From positions 67,705 through 131,704 of the forward strand of contig JAFYAI010000144.1 of assembly GCA_017540815.1 (NCBI GenBank): DNA of 64,000 bases, in the 5' to 3' direction. Of the stretch, positions 1 to 10,446 are shown piece after piece. Source of the DNA: Spirochaetales bacterium (lineage in GTDB: Bacteria > Spirochaetota > GWE2-31-10 > MWDO01). A program made the position numbers and the translations under genes. Numbering within the stretch: the first letter of the stretch is position 1; every line of letters begins with the position of its first letter. The notes below the pieces were generated by a model that saw nothing but the letters and a program-made list of their open reading frames with translations, was not told the origin of the DNA and ran no database searches.

Positions 1-174
1 TTTAGGAGCATAGATGCTGCCTGAAAAACCGGGATAATGGAACGGATTAATATAGATCATATTAAATCCCATTCCGGCGATAGAGTTAATCTGTTTAGTC
101 CATGCACTGACATTCTTATACAGCTTGGGGAACAAGTTGTAGATATACAAAGGTTTGGTTTGTCTATTTCCCAT
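1..174 (-). CDS. N-terminal fragment of an alpha-amylase-family (GH13-like) glycosyl hydrolase; the gene runs off the left edge of the window
   Basis: Reverse translation of 174..1 gives MGNRQTKPLYIYNLFPKLYKNVSAWTKQINSIAGMGFNMIYINPFHYPGFSGSIYAPK, the typical GH13 N-terminal pattern (Y.iYn.FP...W...i..i..mGFN.iyinP). GGAG lies 9 nt upstream of the ATG at 174. Overlaps the OTC stop by 8 nt. Confidence 0.4.
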   Translation of the reverse strand, partial: MGNRQTKPLYIYNLFPKLYKNVSAWTKQINSIAGMGFNMIYINPFHYPGFSGSIYAPK

Positions 175-1120
175 TGTCAGACTCCGTTATTATCTTAATC
201 AAAATTGCTTTTATAGTATGAAGGCGATTCTCGGCCTGATCGAAGACAAGCGACTGCTTCGATGAGAAAACCTCCTCCGTAACTTCATTAATATGTTTCT
301 CTCCGTTGTGACTTGCCGGCAGACAATGCAGGAAGATCGTCGAGGACTTGCCTGTCGCAGCCATCACCTTCTCATTGACCTGATACGGTGTCAGCTGATG
401 AAATTTCTTGGTACTGCCCGGCAGATTTTCCTCGCCCATGCTTATCCATACATCGGTATAGATGACATCCGCGTCTTTAACCGCTTTTATCGGATCTTCT
501 TCCATTATAATAGAAGAATCTTTCGCAATCGACTTCGCATAGTCCACGATGTCCTGAGTCGGCCAATATGCTTTCGGAGCTCCGATCGACATATCCAGCC
601 CCATCTTAGCACAGCCGATAAGCAGCGAGTTGCATACATTATTCTGAGCATCGCCTAAGAATGCAAGTTTAATACCTTTGAGTTTCCCGAAATGCTCCTT
701 GATCGTCATAAAATCGGCAATGATCTGCGTCGGATGAGCATCGTCGGTCAGAGCATTCATAACAGGCACTCCTGAGTACTTCGCAAGGGCATTGACAGTG
801 GACTGCTTGAATCCGCGGAATACAATGCCGTCAAACATTCGTCCGAGAACGACGGCAGTATCGTGGATGGACTCCTTCTTGCCCATCTGTATATCACCGG
901 TTCCGAGGAATTCCGCATGACCGCCTTCGTCTTTGCATGCAATGGTAGTAGCACACCTCGTCCTCGTCGATGTCTTCTCGAAGATTACAGCGACATTCTT
1001 GTTTTTCAGTCGATATGGATATACACCGGACTTTTTCTCTGCTTTGACCTGCGTCGAAAAATCAATCAACTCGGCTAACTCAGCCGCAGAACAGTCCTTT
1101 ATCGTTAAAAAATGCTTCAT
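164..1120 (-). CDS. argF: ornithine carbamoyltransferase
   Basis: STRTR carbamoyl-phosphate motif, HPTQ, DVWISMG ornithine-binding motif, HCLP. The ORF-track start at 1129 is a GTG with no spacing to the RBS; ATG at 1120 (MKHFLTIKD) has GGAAG about 10 nt upstream. Confidence 0.85.
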   Translation of the reverse strand: MKHFLTIKDCSAAELAELIDFSTQVKAEKKSGVYPYRLKNKNVAVIFEKTSTRTRCATTIACKDEGGHAEFLGTGDIQMGKKESIHDTAVVLGRMFDGIVFRGFKQSTVNALAKYSGVPVMNALTDDAHPTQIIADFMTIKEHFGKLKGIKLAFLGDAQNNVCNSLLIGCAKMGLDMSIGAPKAYWPTQDIVDYAKSIAKDSSIIMEEDPIKAVKDADVIYTDVWISMGEENLPGSTKKFHQLTPYQVNEKVMAATGKSSTIFLHCLPASHNGEKHINEVTEEVFSSKQSLVFDQAENRLHTIKAILIKIITESDNGK

Positions 1121-1291
1121 TAAAGTCACTTCCGCAATGCGATTTTATGACATTATTGTCAATAATTTGAAAATCTATTATAATATATTTCTTTGGGTTT
1201 TGTCAATAAAAATTATTGCTGTGAAGAAAATATTGCTGATTTTTGATATTTTCTCGAATCTCATGCAAAACCCTGTCAGGTATATTATATT

Positions 1292-2629
1292 TCACTTCAA
1301 GAAATCCTTCATCTTCCTTATATTATCCACACCAATCGCATTGGGGAATTTCTTCTGAATGTCACAGTCAGCCGGCACATATATCCTATCAATACCGAAT
1401 TTCTCAAGTTCGGCGATGCGATTCTCCAGCTTTTTGACATTAACTACATCACCTGACAATGACAACTCACCGATGAAGCACGAGCGTCCGTCAATGGGGA
1501 TGTTATTCTTCGACGAATATATCGCCGCAGCAATGGCGAAGTCCACCGCCACATCTTTAACGCGGATGCCGTTTGTGATCGTTGCGTAGACATCGTAGTT
1601 ATTGAGATTTTCCCCCAAGTGCTTATTGAGAATGGCGGTAATGCGGTTAAGCCGAGCCGGATCAATACCTTCGGCAAAGCGTCTCGGAGCAGCAAACACA
1701 GACGGAGTAAGCAGCGACTCAACCTCAATCAGCAGCAGTTTCGGGCCTTCTGTTACGATACACTTGCATTTGCCGGCGGCAGTCTTGTAGAAGTTCTGCG
1801 AGTGGATCATCTCGAAGTTATTATTGACGATCTTAAGTCCCGTCTCACTCATACTGAAGAACAGAATGTCATCAATATTGCCGTAGCGATTCTTCACCGA
1901 TCTAAGAATGCGGAAATTATTCTTAATGTCATTCTCGAAATATACAACGACATCGACAAGATGCTCTATGACTTTCGGACCGGCAATATCGCCGCTTTTC
2001 GTCACATGACCGATCAGCACAACTGCGGTATTGGTCTGCTTAGCAAAGTCTACAAGTGCATCGGTGCAAAATTTCATCTGATTCGTCGAAGTGAAACTCA
2101 TATCAAGGTCACGCTTCTTCATCATCTGAATAGAGTCAACAAATACAATAGCCGGCTTCTCACGGCGGCACACCGAAATAATATCATCGACATCGCTGCA
2201 GTCTGACAGAAGGATATTATTATGCGTAACACCGAGCCTGACGGCACGGCGTTTGAGCTGGTATAGAGTCTCCTCACCGCTGAAATACAGTATCTTCTCC
2301 TGAGTCAGATTATGTGCAAGCAGCAACAGAAATGACGACTTGCCTATACCCGGCTCGCCAGCCAGCAGAATGACACTGCCGCTGACTATGCCTTCTCCGA
2401 AGAAGTTATTCAGCTCGTCATCCTTGCATTTGATAATGCAGTGCTCATCCTGACCTATCTCCGTAATATGCAGCGGCTGCGGAATATCTGTCGTTTCCCG
2501 TGCTGCGGCGGCAGGAGAGTCGGACTGCTCAATAAGAGTGCCCCATGATTGACATTCCGGGCATTTGCCAACCCACATCGGGCTGACCGCTCCGCATTTA
2601 GAACATACAAAATGTTTTTTTTGTTTCAT
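1292..2629 (-). CDS. radA: DNA repair protein RadA (Sms)
   Basis: N-terminal C4 zinc ribbon (CSKCG...CPEC), Walker A GEPGIGKS, KNRYG motif, C-terminal Lon-protease-like domain. Start taken at internal MKQKK (ATG at 2629) rather than the upstream in-frame extension. Confidence 0.9.
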   Translation of the reverse strand: MKQKKHFVCSKCGAVSPMWVGKCPECQSWGTLIEQSDSPAAAARETTDIPQPLHITEIGQDEHCIIKCKDDELNNFFGEGIVSGSVILLAGEPGIGKSSFLLLLAHNLTQEKILYFSGEETLYQLKRRAVRLGVTHNNILLSDCSDVDDIISVCRREKPAIVFVDSIQMMKKRDLDMSFTSTNQMKFCTDALVDFAKQTNTAVVLIGHVTKSGDIAGPKVIEHLVDVVVYFENDIKNNFRILRSVKNRYGNIDDILFFSMSETGLKIVNNNFEMIHSQNFYKTAAGKCKCIVTEGPKLLLIEVESLLTPSVFAAPRRFAEGIDPARLNRITAILNKHLGENLNNYDVYATITNGIRVKDVAVDFAIAAAIYSSKNNIPIDGRSCFIGELSLSGDVVNVKKLENRIAELEKFGIDRIYVPADCDIQKKFPNAIGVDNIRKMKDFLK

Positions 2630-2643
2630 AATAATAATTATAA

Positions 2644-2681
2644 CAAAAAATACGGAAAAGTCCAATACTTTTCCGTATTTT
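2644..2681. promoter_or_regulatory. 11-bp perfect-stem hairpin (atacggaaaag/cttttccgtat) flanked by A/T runs in the divergent radA-truA intergenic region
   Basis: Seen directly: aaaaatacggaaaagtccaatacttttccgtattttt. Terminator-like on both strands but sits between divergent starts, so a regulatory role is equally possible. Confidence 0.35.
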
Positions 2682-2746
2682 TCGTCTGAATATGAAATCA
2701 ATTGCATTTTGTCAAAAAATGTGATAGATTATCATCAGGAGTAAAA

Positions 2747-3538
2747 ATGAACTTCAAAATAACGGTCGCTTACGACGGCACAAGATATAACGGATGGCAA
2801 AGGCAGAGCAACACTTCCAATACTATTGCGGAGAAATTTGAAACATTACTGTCCAAGCTATTCGGCGAAGCGGTAGAGATAAACTCATCAGGCAGAACTG
2901 ATGCCGGAGTCCATGCAAGAGGACAAGTGTGCAATTTCAAAGTAAGCGATAATACAATAGCAGCATTCTGTGAGAATGAACAAATGCCGTTAAACGGCAG
3001 CATAACCGATGAACAGCTCCGCCATATCCAAATGCAGATCAATCACTACCTGCCATGCGACATAGCCGTGACCGGTCTGACAAAAGCAGATGAGAGATTT
3101 CATGCACGGCTGCTTGCGAAGGCTAAACACTACAGCTACACTATAGACCGCGGAGAAGTACCGGATATATTCCTGCGGAAATACACCACCCGTATAACAG
3201 AACAGATAAACTTAAGTCCCATTCGCAAAGCAATACCAAGTCTTATCGGAGAGCATGACTTCGCCTCGTTCTGCACGAAGAGTGGCAAAAAGAAATCCAC
3301 AATCCGCCGCATTGATAAGATCGATATAACTGAAACCAAAGGTCTTGTGAGGTTCGATATTTACGGAAACGGATTCCTTTATAATATGATAAGGATCATA
3401 ATGGGAACACTCATAGAGATCGGAGCAGGCAAACGGTCTGTCAATGATATTCCGCGAATACTTGCCGCCAAGAAACGAGCCGAGGCGGGATTCCTCGCTC
3501 CGCCACAGGGATTATGTCTGGAGCAAGTGGAATACTAA
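2747..3538 (+). CDS. truA: tRNA pseudouridine(38-40) synthase TruA
   Basis: KITVAYDGTRYNGWQRQ and RTDAGVHA catalytic Asp motif. AGGAG RBS 7 nt upstream of ATG at 2747; the ORF-track start at 2702 lacks an RBS. Confidence 0.9.
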   Translation: MNFKITVAYDGTRYNGWQRQSNTSNTIAEKFETLLSKLFGEAVEINSSGRTDAGVHARGQVCNFKVSDNTIAAFCENEQMPLNGSITDEQLRHIQMQINHYLPCDIAVTGLTKADERFHARLLAKAKHYSYTIDRGEVPDIFLRKYTTRITEQINLSPIRKAIPSLIGEHDFASFCTKSGKKKSTIRRIDKIDITETKGLVRFDIYGNGFLYNMIRIIMGTLIEIGAGKRSVNDIPRILAAKKRAEAGFLAPPQGLCLEQVEY

Positions 3539-3544
3539 AAAAGA

Positions 3545-5215
3545 TTATAATCCTTTATATATCTCCAGATATTTATCTGCGGAGTCATTCCAGCTAAAGA
3601 CAGTGCGGATCGCATTGTCCTGCATTGTCAGCCAGTCGTCTTTGTAATTATTATAGTAGAATATAATCTTCTCAATACTGCGGATAAGATTATACAGAGC
3701 AGACAGCCTGTTTGTCCCGCGGAAAACGAATCCGTTATACATATTGTTGACTGTATCGGCAAGACCGCCAATCTTATTAACAAGCGGCAGTGTACCGTAA
3801 CTCATCGCTATCATCTGACTGATGCCGCACGGCTCGAAGTCACTCGGCATAAGGAACACATCTCCGACAGCATACAGCGTATCGGCAAGTTCCTTGCTGT
3901 ATGTATTGAAATAAAATGCGTTATCATATTGATTGATCGCTTCCAGCTTATCACTAAGCGAGCCGGTGCCGATTATCATCAGACCTATCTTCTTACGGAG
4001 AATGAGTTCCATCATCGGTATGTCGTTGATCGTCTCTGTAAGCATCTGTACTTTCTGTTCGACAATGCGGCTGACCATAACGAACAGCGGCTTATCAAGG
4101 AAATCTTCACTGCGATAAGAGTCGAGTTTTTTCATTATACTATTGCGGTTGGCGAATGATTTATCATCAGATTGATCTATTATACCGCCAATCATCTCTC
4201 GGAATGTATTCAGAAATCTGACCTTGTGCTGCTGCTTAACAGCCTGCCAGCCATCGATCTTCTTGCCAAACGGCGGATCAAGTTTCTCAGGAGAATATTC
4301 ATCATAGTTGCAGCCATTGAGCACTCCATATAGCCGCCCCTGTGCATTAACAGTCCGCAGCTCATTCTCCAGATTGCGCCCGCCTATGAAGTTATATTTA
4401 GGATTATCAGGCTTGACGATCTCAGTCATATAAGTCGGGCTAACCGTATTAACGGCATCGGCAAGATTGATCGCCGTCCGCATTGGATTATAACACGGCT
4501 CATCGGAGTGAGTGTCACTAATAAGGCTCATCACCTGCTTGTTCTTCTTCAGTTCCTTATAGAAATCCGGCAGCCAGTCGCGGAATGACGACAATCCTCC
4601 GAAATATGTGCTGCCAAGCGTAAATGGCCGCACACCCTGATAATCAAGATTATGAATAGTAAATAAAATCTTGATATTGGAGAATAATTTTTTATATTTC
4701 TTGTTTTCTTTGAGATTGAGAATGAGCGTGCCGGTATGCCAGTCATGGCAGTGGATAATGCGGAATGTCTTAAAAAATTTATCTGTGCTTAGCAATTCTG
4801 CAACAACAGTTGAGAAAAAAGCAAACCTCTTTGCGTCATCTTCAAACGGACCATGGTTAAGCCGCTGGCTGTCCACATATACATTGCCATAGTCACCGCC
4901 GAAGAAGAACTCATTCTTGACTATGAAAACCGGTATAGTGTCGAGAGTGATCTTATATATCTTGGCAATCCAAGTATTATCTCCGAAATCAATATTGAGA
5001 GTCTCATATAATGTCGCCTCACTTTCTCCGGACTGAGTAAGTTTACTCTCCATCTCCTGATAATACGGAATAATGACCGAAACATTAGTGCCTTTGCTGA
5101 TAAGAGCTTTCGACAGCGAATATACAACATCTGCCAATCCGCCGACTTTCGCCAATTTATTGATCTCTGCGGATACCATAAGTATGTCATTATCATGTTT
5201 TATGTTCAGAGCCAT
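3545..5215 (-). CDS. glgA: glycogen synthase (ADP-glucose type, GT5)
   Basis: N-terminal VSAEINKLAKVGGLADVV (KTGGLADV motif). 556 aa, GT-B fold hallmarks. Confidence 0.9.
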   Translation of the reverse strand: MALNIKHDNDILMVSAEINKLAKVGGLADVVYSLSKALISKGTNVSVIIPYYQEMESKLTQSGESEATLYETLNIDFGDNTWIAKIYKITLDTIPVFIVKNEFFFGGDYGNVYVDSQRLNHGPFEDDAKRFAFFSTVVAELLSTDKFFKTFRIIHCHDWHTGTLILNLKENKKYKKLFSNIKILFTIHNLDYQGVRPFTLGSTYFGGLSSFRDWLPDFYKELKKNKQVMSLISDTHSDEPCYNPMRTAINLADAVNTVSPTYMTEIVKPDNPKYNFIGGRNLENELRTVNAQGRLYGVLNGCNYDEYSPEKLDPPFGKKIDGWQAVKQQHKVRFLNTFREMIGGIIDQSDDKSFANRNSIMKKLDSYRSEDFLDKPLFVMVSRIVEQKVQMLTETINDIPMMELILRKKIGLMIIGTGSLSDKLEAINQYDNAFYFNTYSKELADTLYAVGDVFLMPSDFEPCGISQMIAMSYGTLPLVNKIGGLADTVNNMYNGFVFRGTNRLSALYNLIRSIEKIIFYYNNYKDDWLTMQDNAIRTVFSWNDSADKYLEIYKGL

Positions 5216-5224
5216 TATCTAATC

Positions 5225-6013
5225 CTATATATTAAACAGATTATTCTTATCAAGCGTCTTCTTCTCCTTACGAATGACAACCGCAGCCGGTGTAAGTTTC
5301 AGATTCTGTGGGATAGTAAGGGGCTCTAAGATTGAGATGTCGCCTGTGCATTCTGCATTGTAGAGTTTCGTCAGACCTGCCAGTTTTGCAGCCTCTGCAC
5401 GATCGAGCGGTCGTGTTATGCCGAATTTCACAATCCGCTCTACTTTGCCGCCGCAGTCTTCGGCTGCGAAATCCAAATTATCCTGAAAGATCCACTTCTT
5501 ATCCGTCTGCTTAGAATACGACAAGAGCTGAGTTTCGTCTTCATTCATATCGTCGTGCAGAAACCAATAAGCCGGCACAACCGCTACAAAACATCCGCCG
5601 ATAGCCAGCATAGACACTATATGTTTGAGTATATCAAACAAATCACTGTAGTCTAACCCGAAATCACTTATAATAAGGTTGAATTTATCTTTCTGAGCAA
5701 ATGCTTCAAAACCGGCAGCATTAAAAGGATAATTAAAAGACTGAATATCAGGATGACAATGATATGCCAGCATTGCCGAAAAATCATCATCCGATAAAAA
5801 AAACTTCTCGCCGGAGTTAATATGCTGACTGACAGGCGAATAACCGTGTGCAATCTCAAGCAAACAACCGCAAGCTGGACATACTTCAGACAGCAGAGAT
5901 CTCAGATCATCATAATACAAGGTCAGACTGCTGTATTTATCTGCCAAAGGCTTGCTGTCGTATAAAGTATTGATATGCTGCTTATAATGTAATAACGCCT
6001 TCTTGTCAGACAT
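5225..6013 (-). CDS. hypothetical protein with an N-terminal Cys cluster (CPACGC)
   Basis: 262-aa ORF tightly packed between cheX and glgA on the same strand. No confident family assignment. Confidence 0.5.
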   Translation of the reverse strand: MSDKKALLHYKQHINTLYDSKPLADKYSSLTLYYDDLRSLLSEVCPACGCLLEIAHGYSPVSQHINSGEKFFLSDDDFSAMLAYHCHPDIQSFNYPFNAAGFEAFAQKDKFNLIISDFGLDYSDLFDILKHIVSMLAIGGCFVAVVPAYWFLHDDMNEDETQLLSYSKQTDKKWIFQDNLDFAAEDCGGKVERIVKFGITRPLDRAEAAKLAGLTKLYNAECTGDISILEPLTIPQNLKLTPAAVVIRKEKKTLDKNNLFNI

Positions 6014-6019
6014 GGCACT

Positions 6020-6493
6020 TTACAGAATGCCTTCTTTGATCGCAATATTAACTTCTATCGTGCCGAATCTGGATGCCAGATTAACAACGATCGTCTTGAG
6101 CTTAATAAAACTAATGGAATAATCCTTGCCCACTATGATCGTCGGCGGAGTAATGTGCAGTATCTTATCCTGTCCTGACAACTGGATCGTCGTTCGGCCT
6201 GTAATAATATTGGCTACCTCGGCAATAGATGACTCGATGAATGCTTTGTCAATCTTGGCAGTAGTCACATCAGGAACAAGAGCCTGTGTAATTCGCTGTG
6301 CAGTGTGCTCCTTAAGACTATAGACAACCTGCCCCTGAATAAATCCGGCTATACCTACAATAATAGAAATATCATTGCTCGGTGTAGGGTCATCCTTAAT
6401 AGTAAGGTTGGCTTTCTCGAATTTAATATTAGCCATCTGCTCGAAAACTTCGATTGCATTTGATATAAAAGGATTAATCCATTCTGCTTTCAT
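6020..6493 (-). CDS. cheX: chemotaxis phosphatase CheX (CheC/CheX/FliY family)
   Basis: 157 aa. N-terminal MKAEWINPFISNAIEVFEQM is typical of CheX, and the family size fits. Confidence 0.75.
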   Translation of the reverse strand: MKAEWINPFISNAIEVFEQMANIKFEKANLTIKDDPTPSNDISIIVGIAGFIQGQVVYSLKEHTAQRITQALVPDVTTAKIDKAFIESSIAEVANIITGRTTIQLSGQDKILHITPPTIIVGKDYSISFIKLKTIVVNLASRFGTIEVNIAIKEGIL

Positions 6494-6680
6494 GTATTTG
6501 TTATCCTAATAGCGATAGTTTATTGATTTTATTATAACTTTTTTTCACCAATCGTCAAGCACTTTTTTGCAAATTGTGAATTTATTAAAATTTATCAAAA
6601 ATTAATCAGGCAGACTATAACCTTATCAATTTTTTCGAGTAAATTTAATTTTTCATACGCATTATGCCGAACATATACCG

Positions 6681-9041
6681 ATGAAGAATATTAGATTTTG
6701 CTTAACGGTTTTATTTTTATTTATTGCAGTTTCAGTTTATGCTGATTTGGCATTTGAGCCGGTCGCTGTTACTCAGCAAAATGACTTCCTTTTTCGGACG
6801 GTGGAGACGATCGGACAGAACACTGCCGTTCATACATTGTATCACGGCAGTTTCTCGGCTGCACAAGGCAAGGCTGTCTTCGAGGCACTCAGCTATTACC
6901 CTGAGAATCTCATCTATGCAGAGAAGTCCGGTAAAATATATATCCAAAATAAAACAGGATTATATGTCTATGATCTTGCAAAGAAAAATGTCAAAACAAT
7001 CGGGATCTGCCCCGGCATGCACAAAGGAGATGAGTATCCGATCTATCGACCGGAAGAGGCTGCCGTCTCACCGAACGACCGATTTGTCCTGAGTAAGAAT
7101 GCAGTATCTCCGACAAAAGCCAATCTTACAATATATGACATCCAGACCGGCAAATCAAAACTTGTATCCGAAAATGCCGAGATCAAACCGGGCAAGCCTG
7201 TGGCACTTTGGTCTAATGATTCCAATTATTTCATTTATCAGAAAAACGGCAGTGCTTACTATTATTCGATGACTGATTATCGCAATAAGAAGCAGCTCTC
7301 CGAAGAATCCCGCAAACTCGGTGAGGTTAATCTCGACAATATCCTGTGGACAGACAGCAACTACCTGATATGGATCGAGAATAATCTAATATGGCTGTCT
7401 GATCCGGCACAATTTTTCGCCCGATCGATCTATAAGAACTATCTGCGGCAGGGAGAGATCATCGGCAAGCTGCCGTTTGAGTTAGTGCCGGCAACCGATA
7501 AATTCATCTATAATGAATTATCCAAGAAATTCCTCATTGTCAAAGACGGTAATGCGATCTATTATTATTCGCTCAATGACGATATGCAGGAAAATCCTTA
7601 TCTCAAACTTGACGACAATGCACGCTATGACAAGTCGCTGCTGTTTAACAATGGCAATGCACTCTTTACAACGAAGGTAATCACTGACGGTACACAGAAA
7701 CGAAGGCTGTATCTTGTCAAGAAAACATCCGGCGAGATCAGAACCGAGATCTTGGACACTCTTGATCTGAGTGCAGTCGGTAAAAATGCCAGAAAACAGG
7801 AAATCGGCGAGACTGTTTATAAGATAAAAGAATTTGTCAAGCCTGAGTTTGCAGATGCTAAGATCACAACCGTTGCAGCAAATAAAAACGGCAGTGAGAT
7901 CCTTGTCTGCTGTGACAAAGGAGCATTCTGCTATGAATACGGCTCCGAAGAGCTGCTGTGGGCAATCAAAAATGAGCCTGTAGTATCAGCGGTGTGCCTG
8001 TCTCCGAACAAATGGATCGTAGGCGGACATCATCTGATATATCATGTAGATACTGATAGGAATATTAATGAGCCTATTATAGCAGGATCTGTAGATGATG
8101 CCGGATATATTGGCAAAAACGGTGTAGGTATTGTCTGCAATCAGGATATGTATCTTATAGATCCGGAGACTAAGACTCTGCATCCGATGTTCATTCGCCA
8201 TCCGGAACTGACTAAACAAACCGGTAATGGAGCATACCGTCTGCTTACACGAGATATACATCAGGGATTTTATCGGCAAAGCCTTGCTATGAAGCAGCTG
8301 GCTACAGGCAAGGAATTTGACATTATCGGAATGCCGAAACTCCGCTATAAGCTGTATCAGCCGGAGTTGGAGTCCGATGACAGTTATCTGGAAAATCCTG
8401 CAGGCAGCAAATATGAAGTTGCTCTTGTATTCGACTGTATTAAGACCGGAGAAGGTATGTTCCCGATCCTCAGCACACTTGCAGACTATCGCACTGACGC
8501 ATCATTCTTCATTAACGGTATGTTTATCGACATCAATCGTAAGATGACCAAAGAACTGTCATGTTTCCCTGTAGAGATCGGCAATATGTTCCAATTCTAT
8601 ATCAATCTGACAACATCCGATTTCCTGATTGACAAGAACTTCATCAGACAGGGACTGTCTACTAATGAAGAGAAATACTTCAATGTAACAGGGCGAAATT
8701 TCGTCTCATATTGGCATGCGCCTTTCCATGCGATCAATCAGGAGATGATCCAATACGGCCGTGAATGCGGTTATACTTATGTATCATACAACTTAGACAG
8801 CCGCGACGGACTGGACAAACGCAATCCTGATTCACAGAATCTGCGGACTAACTCTGAACTGACTCTTCGTCTGCTAGAGAATCTCAAACCAGGACAGATT
8901 ATCAATCTCTCCACCGGTAAGAATTACAACACTCGTGATGAATGGCTCTACGATGACCTTGATCTTGTGATATGTGAGCTGCTTCGCTCAGGCTACACAC
9001 TGACTACCGTCAGTGATATTATGAGGAGATATAGGAAGTAA
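6681..9041 (+). CDS. secreted 786-aa protein with a degenerate NodB/polysaccharide-deacetylase-like C-terminal region
   Basis: Signal peptide MKNIRFCLTVLFLFIAVSVYA. C-terminal VFDCIKTGEG...ASFFINGMF...VEIGN resembles NodB motifs 1-3, but the catalytic His residues are not conserved. Confidence 0.55.
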   Translation: MKNIRFCLTVLFLFIAVSVYADLAFEPVAVTQQNDFLFRTVETIGQNTAVHTLYHGSFSAAQGKAVFEALSYYPENLIYAEKSGKIYIQNKTGLYVYDLAKKNVKTIGICPGMHKGDEYPIYRPEEAAVSPNDRFVLSKNAVSPTKANLTIYDIQTGKSKLVSENAEIKPGKPVALWSNDSNYFIYQKNGSAYYYSMTDYRNKKQLSEESRKLGEVNLDNILWTDSNYLIWIENNLIWLSDPAQFFARSIYKNYLRQGEIIGKLPFELVPATDKFIYNELSKKFLIVKDGNAIYYYSLNDDMQENPYLKLDDNARYDKSLLFNNGNALFTTKVITDGTQKRRLYLVKKTSGEIRTEILDTLDLSAVGKNARKQEIGETVYKIKEFVKPEFADAKITTVAANKNGSEILVCCDKGAFCYEYGSEELLWAIKNEPVVSAVCLSPNKWIVGGHHLIYHVDTDRNINEPIIAGSVDDAGYIGKNGVGIVCNQDMYLIDPETKTLHPMFIRHPELTKQTGNGAYRLLTRDIHQGFYRQSLAMKQLATGKEFDIIGMPKLRYKLYQPELESDDSYLENPAGSKYEVALVFDCIKTGEGMFPILSTLADYRTDASFFINGMFIDINRKMTKELSCFPVEIGNMFQFYINLTTSDFLIDKNFIRQGLSTNEEKYFNVTGRNFVSYWHAPFHAINQEMIQYGRECGYTYVSYNLDSRDGLDKRNPDSQNLRTNSELTLRLLENLKPGQIINLSTGKNYNTRDEWLYDDLDLVICELLRSGYTLTTVSDIMRRYRK

Positions 9042-9087
9042 AAGCTGCTGGTCTCGGAGATACAAGAGTTGTAAAAAAAATAGGTTT

Positions 9088-9117
9088 TGCTGCACAAAAC
9101 CTATTTTTTTTACAGAA
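9088..9117. terminator. bidirectional rho-independent terminator
   Basis: aataggttttg-ctgca-caaaacctatt flanked by A-run and T-run, between convergent genes 6681..9041 (+) and 9130..10446 (-). Confidence 0.7.
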
Positions 9118-9129
9118 AATCTATTTTTT

Positions 9130-10446
9130 TTAATTATTATGAATTATGAATTGTGCATTATGAATTGCTTTCTCCACATCGCACAATTGTGCTGCTTCCG
9201 ATACGGAGATTGTTTCATAGCGGTTGTCCAGCGGATTGAAGGCATTGTCCGGCAGAAGGATTCGCACACCGAAGTCTGTCCGGAGCAAGTGATCCATATA
9301 GATCTTGAGTGAAACATCGCTGTCCAGCATCCTATCACCTGTCTTAATAACAGTCGGCTCTTTGCGGCATCGCAGTTCCAGCAATGTCTTATCAAGACTG
9401 TCATAATAACCCGTCTGTCCGAAGTATTCTGTCTCGAAGTACCCGCCGGGCACATGCGAGCGATGATTGCAGAATGAGAAGTCCTGCCCCATAAGTATCA
9501 CATTCTTAGCTCCAAGCTGCCGCACAATCCTAACAGCATTGAAAACAACGCTGCCCTCCGAACACGAGCGGATCACATCTGTCCCGGCAAAAACTTTGCG
9601 GTCGGTCTCATTCTCATAACTGAAGAATATCGGAGTAATGTTCGGCAGCCTTAGTATTGCAGGATTGATCGACAGCGGACAAATCAAAGCGGTCTCGGAT
9701 TTCAGGCCGCACAGATGATACAGCGTAGCATAGCCCGGATCAACTGCGATAACATAATCAGGCTCAATCCCGACAGAATGAAGATATTTCACCGATGACG
9801 GCAGAGCAAGAATCAGTGCCTTACTCTGCAAAGTCCTAAGCAGTTCAAGATAATCAGACAGACTTGCTCCGCTTGCCACAATCACCGCCGTGTCACAGAC
9901 ATTCTGAGGCGGCATATATGTTATATTCCCAAGCGTGCGAATGTTCCGGCCGGCATTACGCTCTTCCAGCTCGCCGAATGTGTCAGCGGCAGTCTTGGAA
10001 GCCGTAACTGTGAGGCACATATCCTTGATCTGTCCAAGCAGTTTAGCGGTATCGGCATTCTCATACGCTGATATATACGGAGTCCAGATAAGGATGTCAA
10101 TATCCGCCGCAGAGATCCCATTCTCCAGCAGAATGTTCTGAGCCTGCTGAATGGATTGCACACGACGGACAGCCGCATTCTTGGCAAACGGCTCAAAATC
10201 CGGCTCGCCACCTGACAAAACCGCCAAATCAAATGAGATAATCGTTGTGTAGCCACGCTCGGCAAGAGCATTATTAATGAAGTCTGCACCGCATATTGTA
10301 ACAGCGGCACTGTGATTGGGTTTGACATTCTGCTTCACGAATGAGTCAGCCTCGCGAAACGGGTCATAAGCAGAGTAGATAAACTTGCCGTCTAATGTGT
10401 AAGTCGGCTGCCCCTTGCGTCCGACAGTGCGAATGAATCGGCTCAT
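9130..10446 (-). CDS. DUF115 / 6-hydroxymethylpterin diphosphokinase MptE-like family protein (annotated in spirochaetes and Campylobacter as motility accessory factor)
   Basis: DTAVIVASGASLSDY...SKALILALPSS...GIEPDYVIAVDPG matches the DUF115 core (G.GPSL...PDy.i..D). Start overlaps the upstream acidic gene by 4 nt. C-terminus carries the IHNAQ..IHNN repeat element. Confidence 0.6.
   Translation of the reverse strand: MSRFIRTVGRKGQPTYTLDGKFIYSAYDPFREADSFVKQNVKPNHSAAVTICGADFINNALAERGYTTIISFDLAVLSGGEPDFEPFAKNAAVRRVQSIQQAQNILLENGISAADIDILIWTPYISAYENADTAKLLGQIKDMCLTVTASKTAADTFGELEERNAGRNIRTLGNITYMPPQNVCDTAVIVASGASLSDYLELLRTLQSKALILALPSSVKYLHSVGIEPDYVIAVDPGYATLYHLCGLKSETALICPLSINPAILRLPNITPIFFSYENETDRKVFAGTDVIRSCSEGSVVFNAVRIVRQLGAKNVILMGQDFSFCNHRSHVPGGYFETEYFGQTGYYDSLDKTLLELRCRKEPTVIKTGDRMLDSDVSLKIYMDHLLRTDFGVRILLPDNAFNPLDNRYETISVSEAAQLCDVEKAIHNAQFIIHNN

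Noticed and set aside
164-174. 8-nt overlap between the OTC stop and the start of the GH13-like gene
   Set aside because: Ordinary operon-style start/stop overlap in different frames, not a frameshift or fusion.
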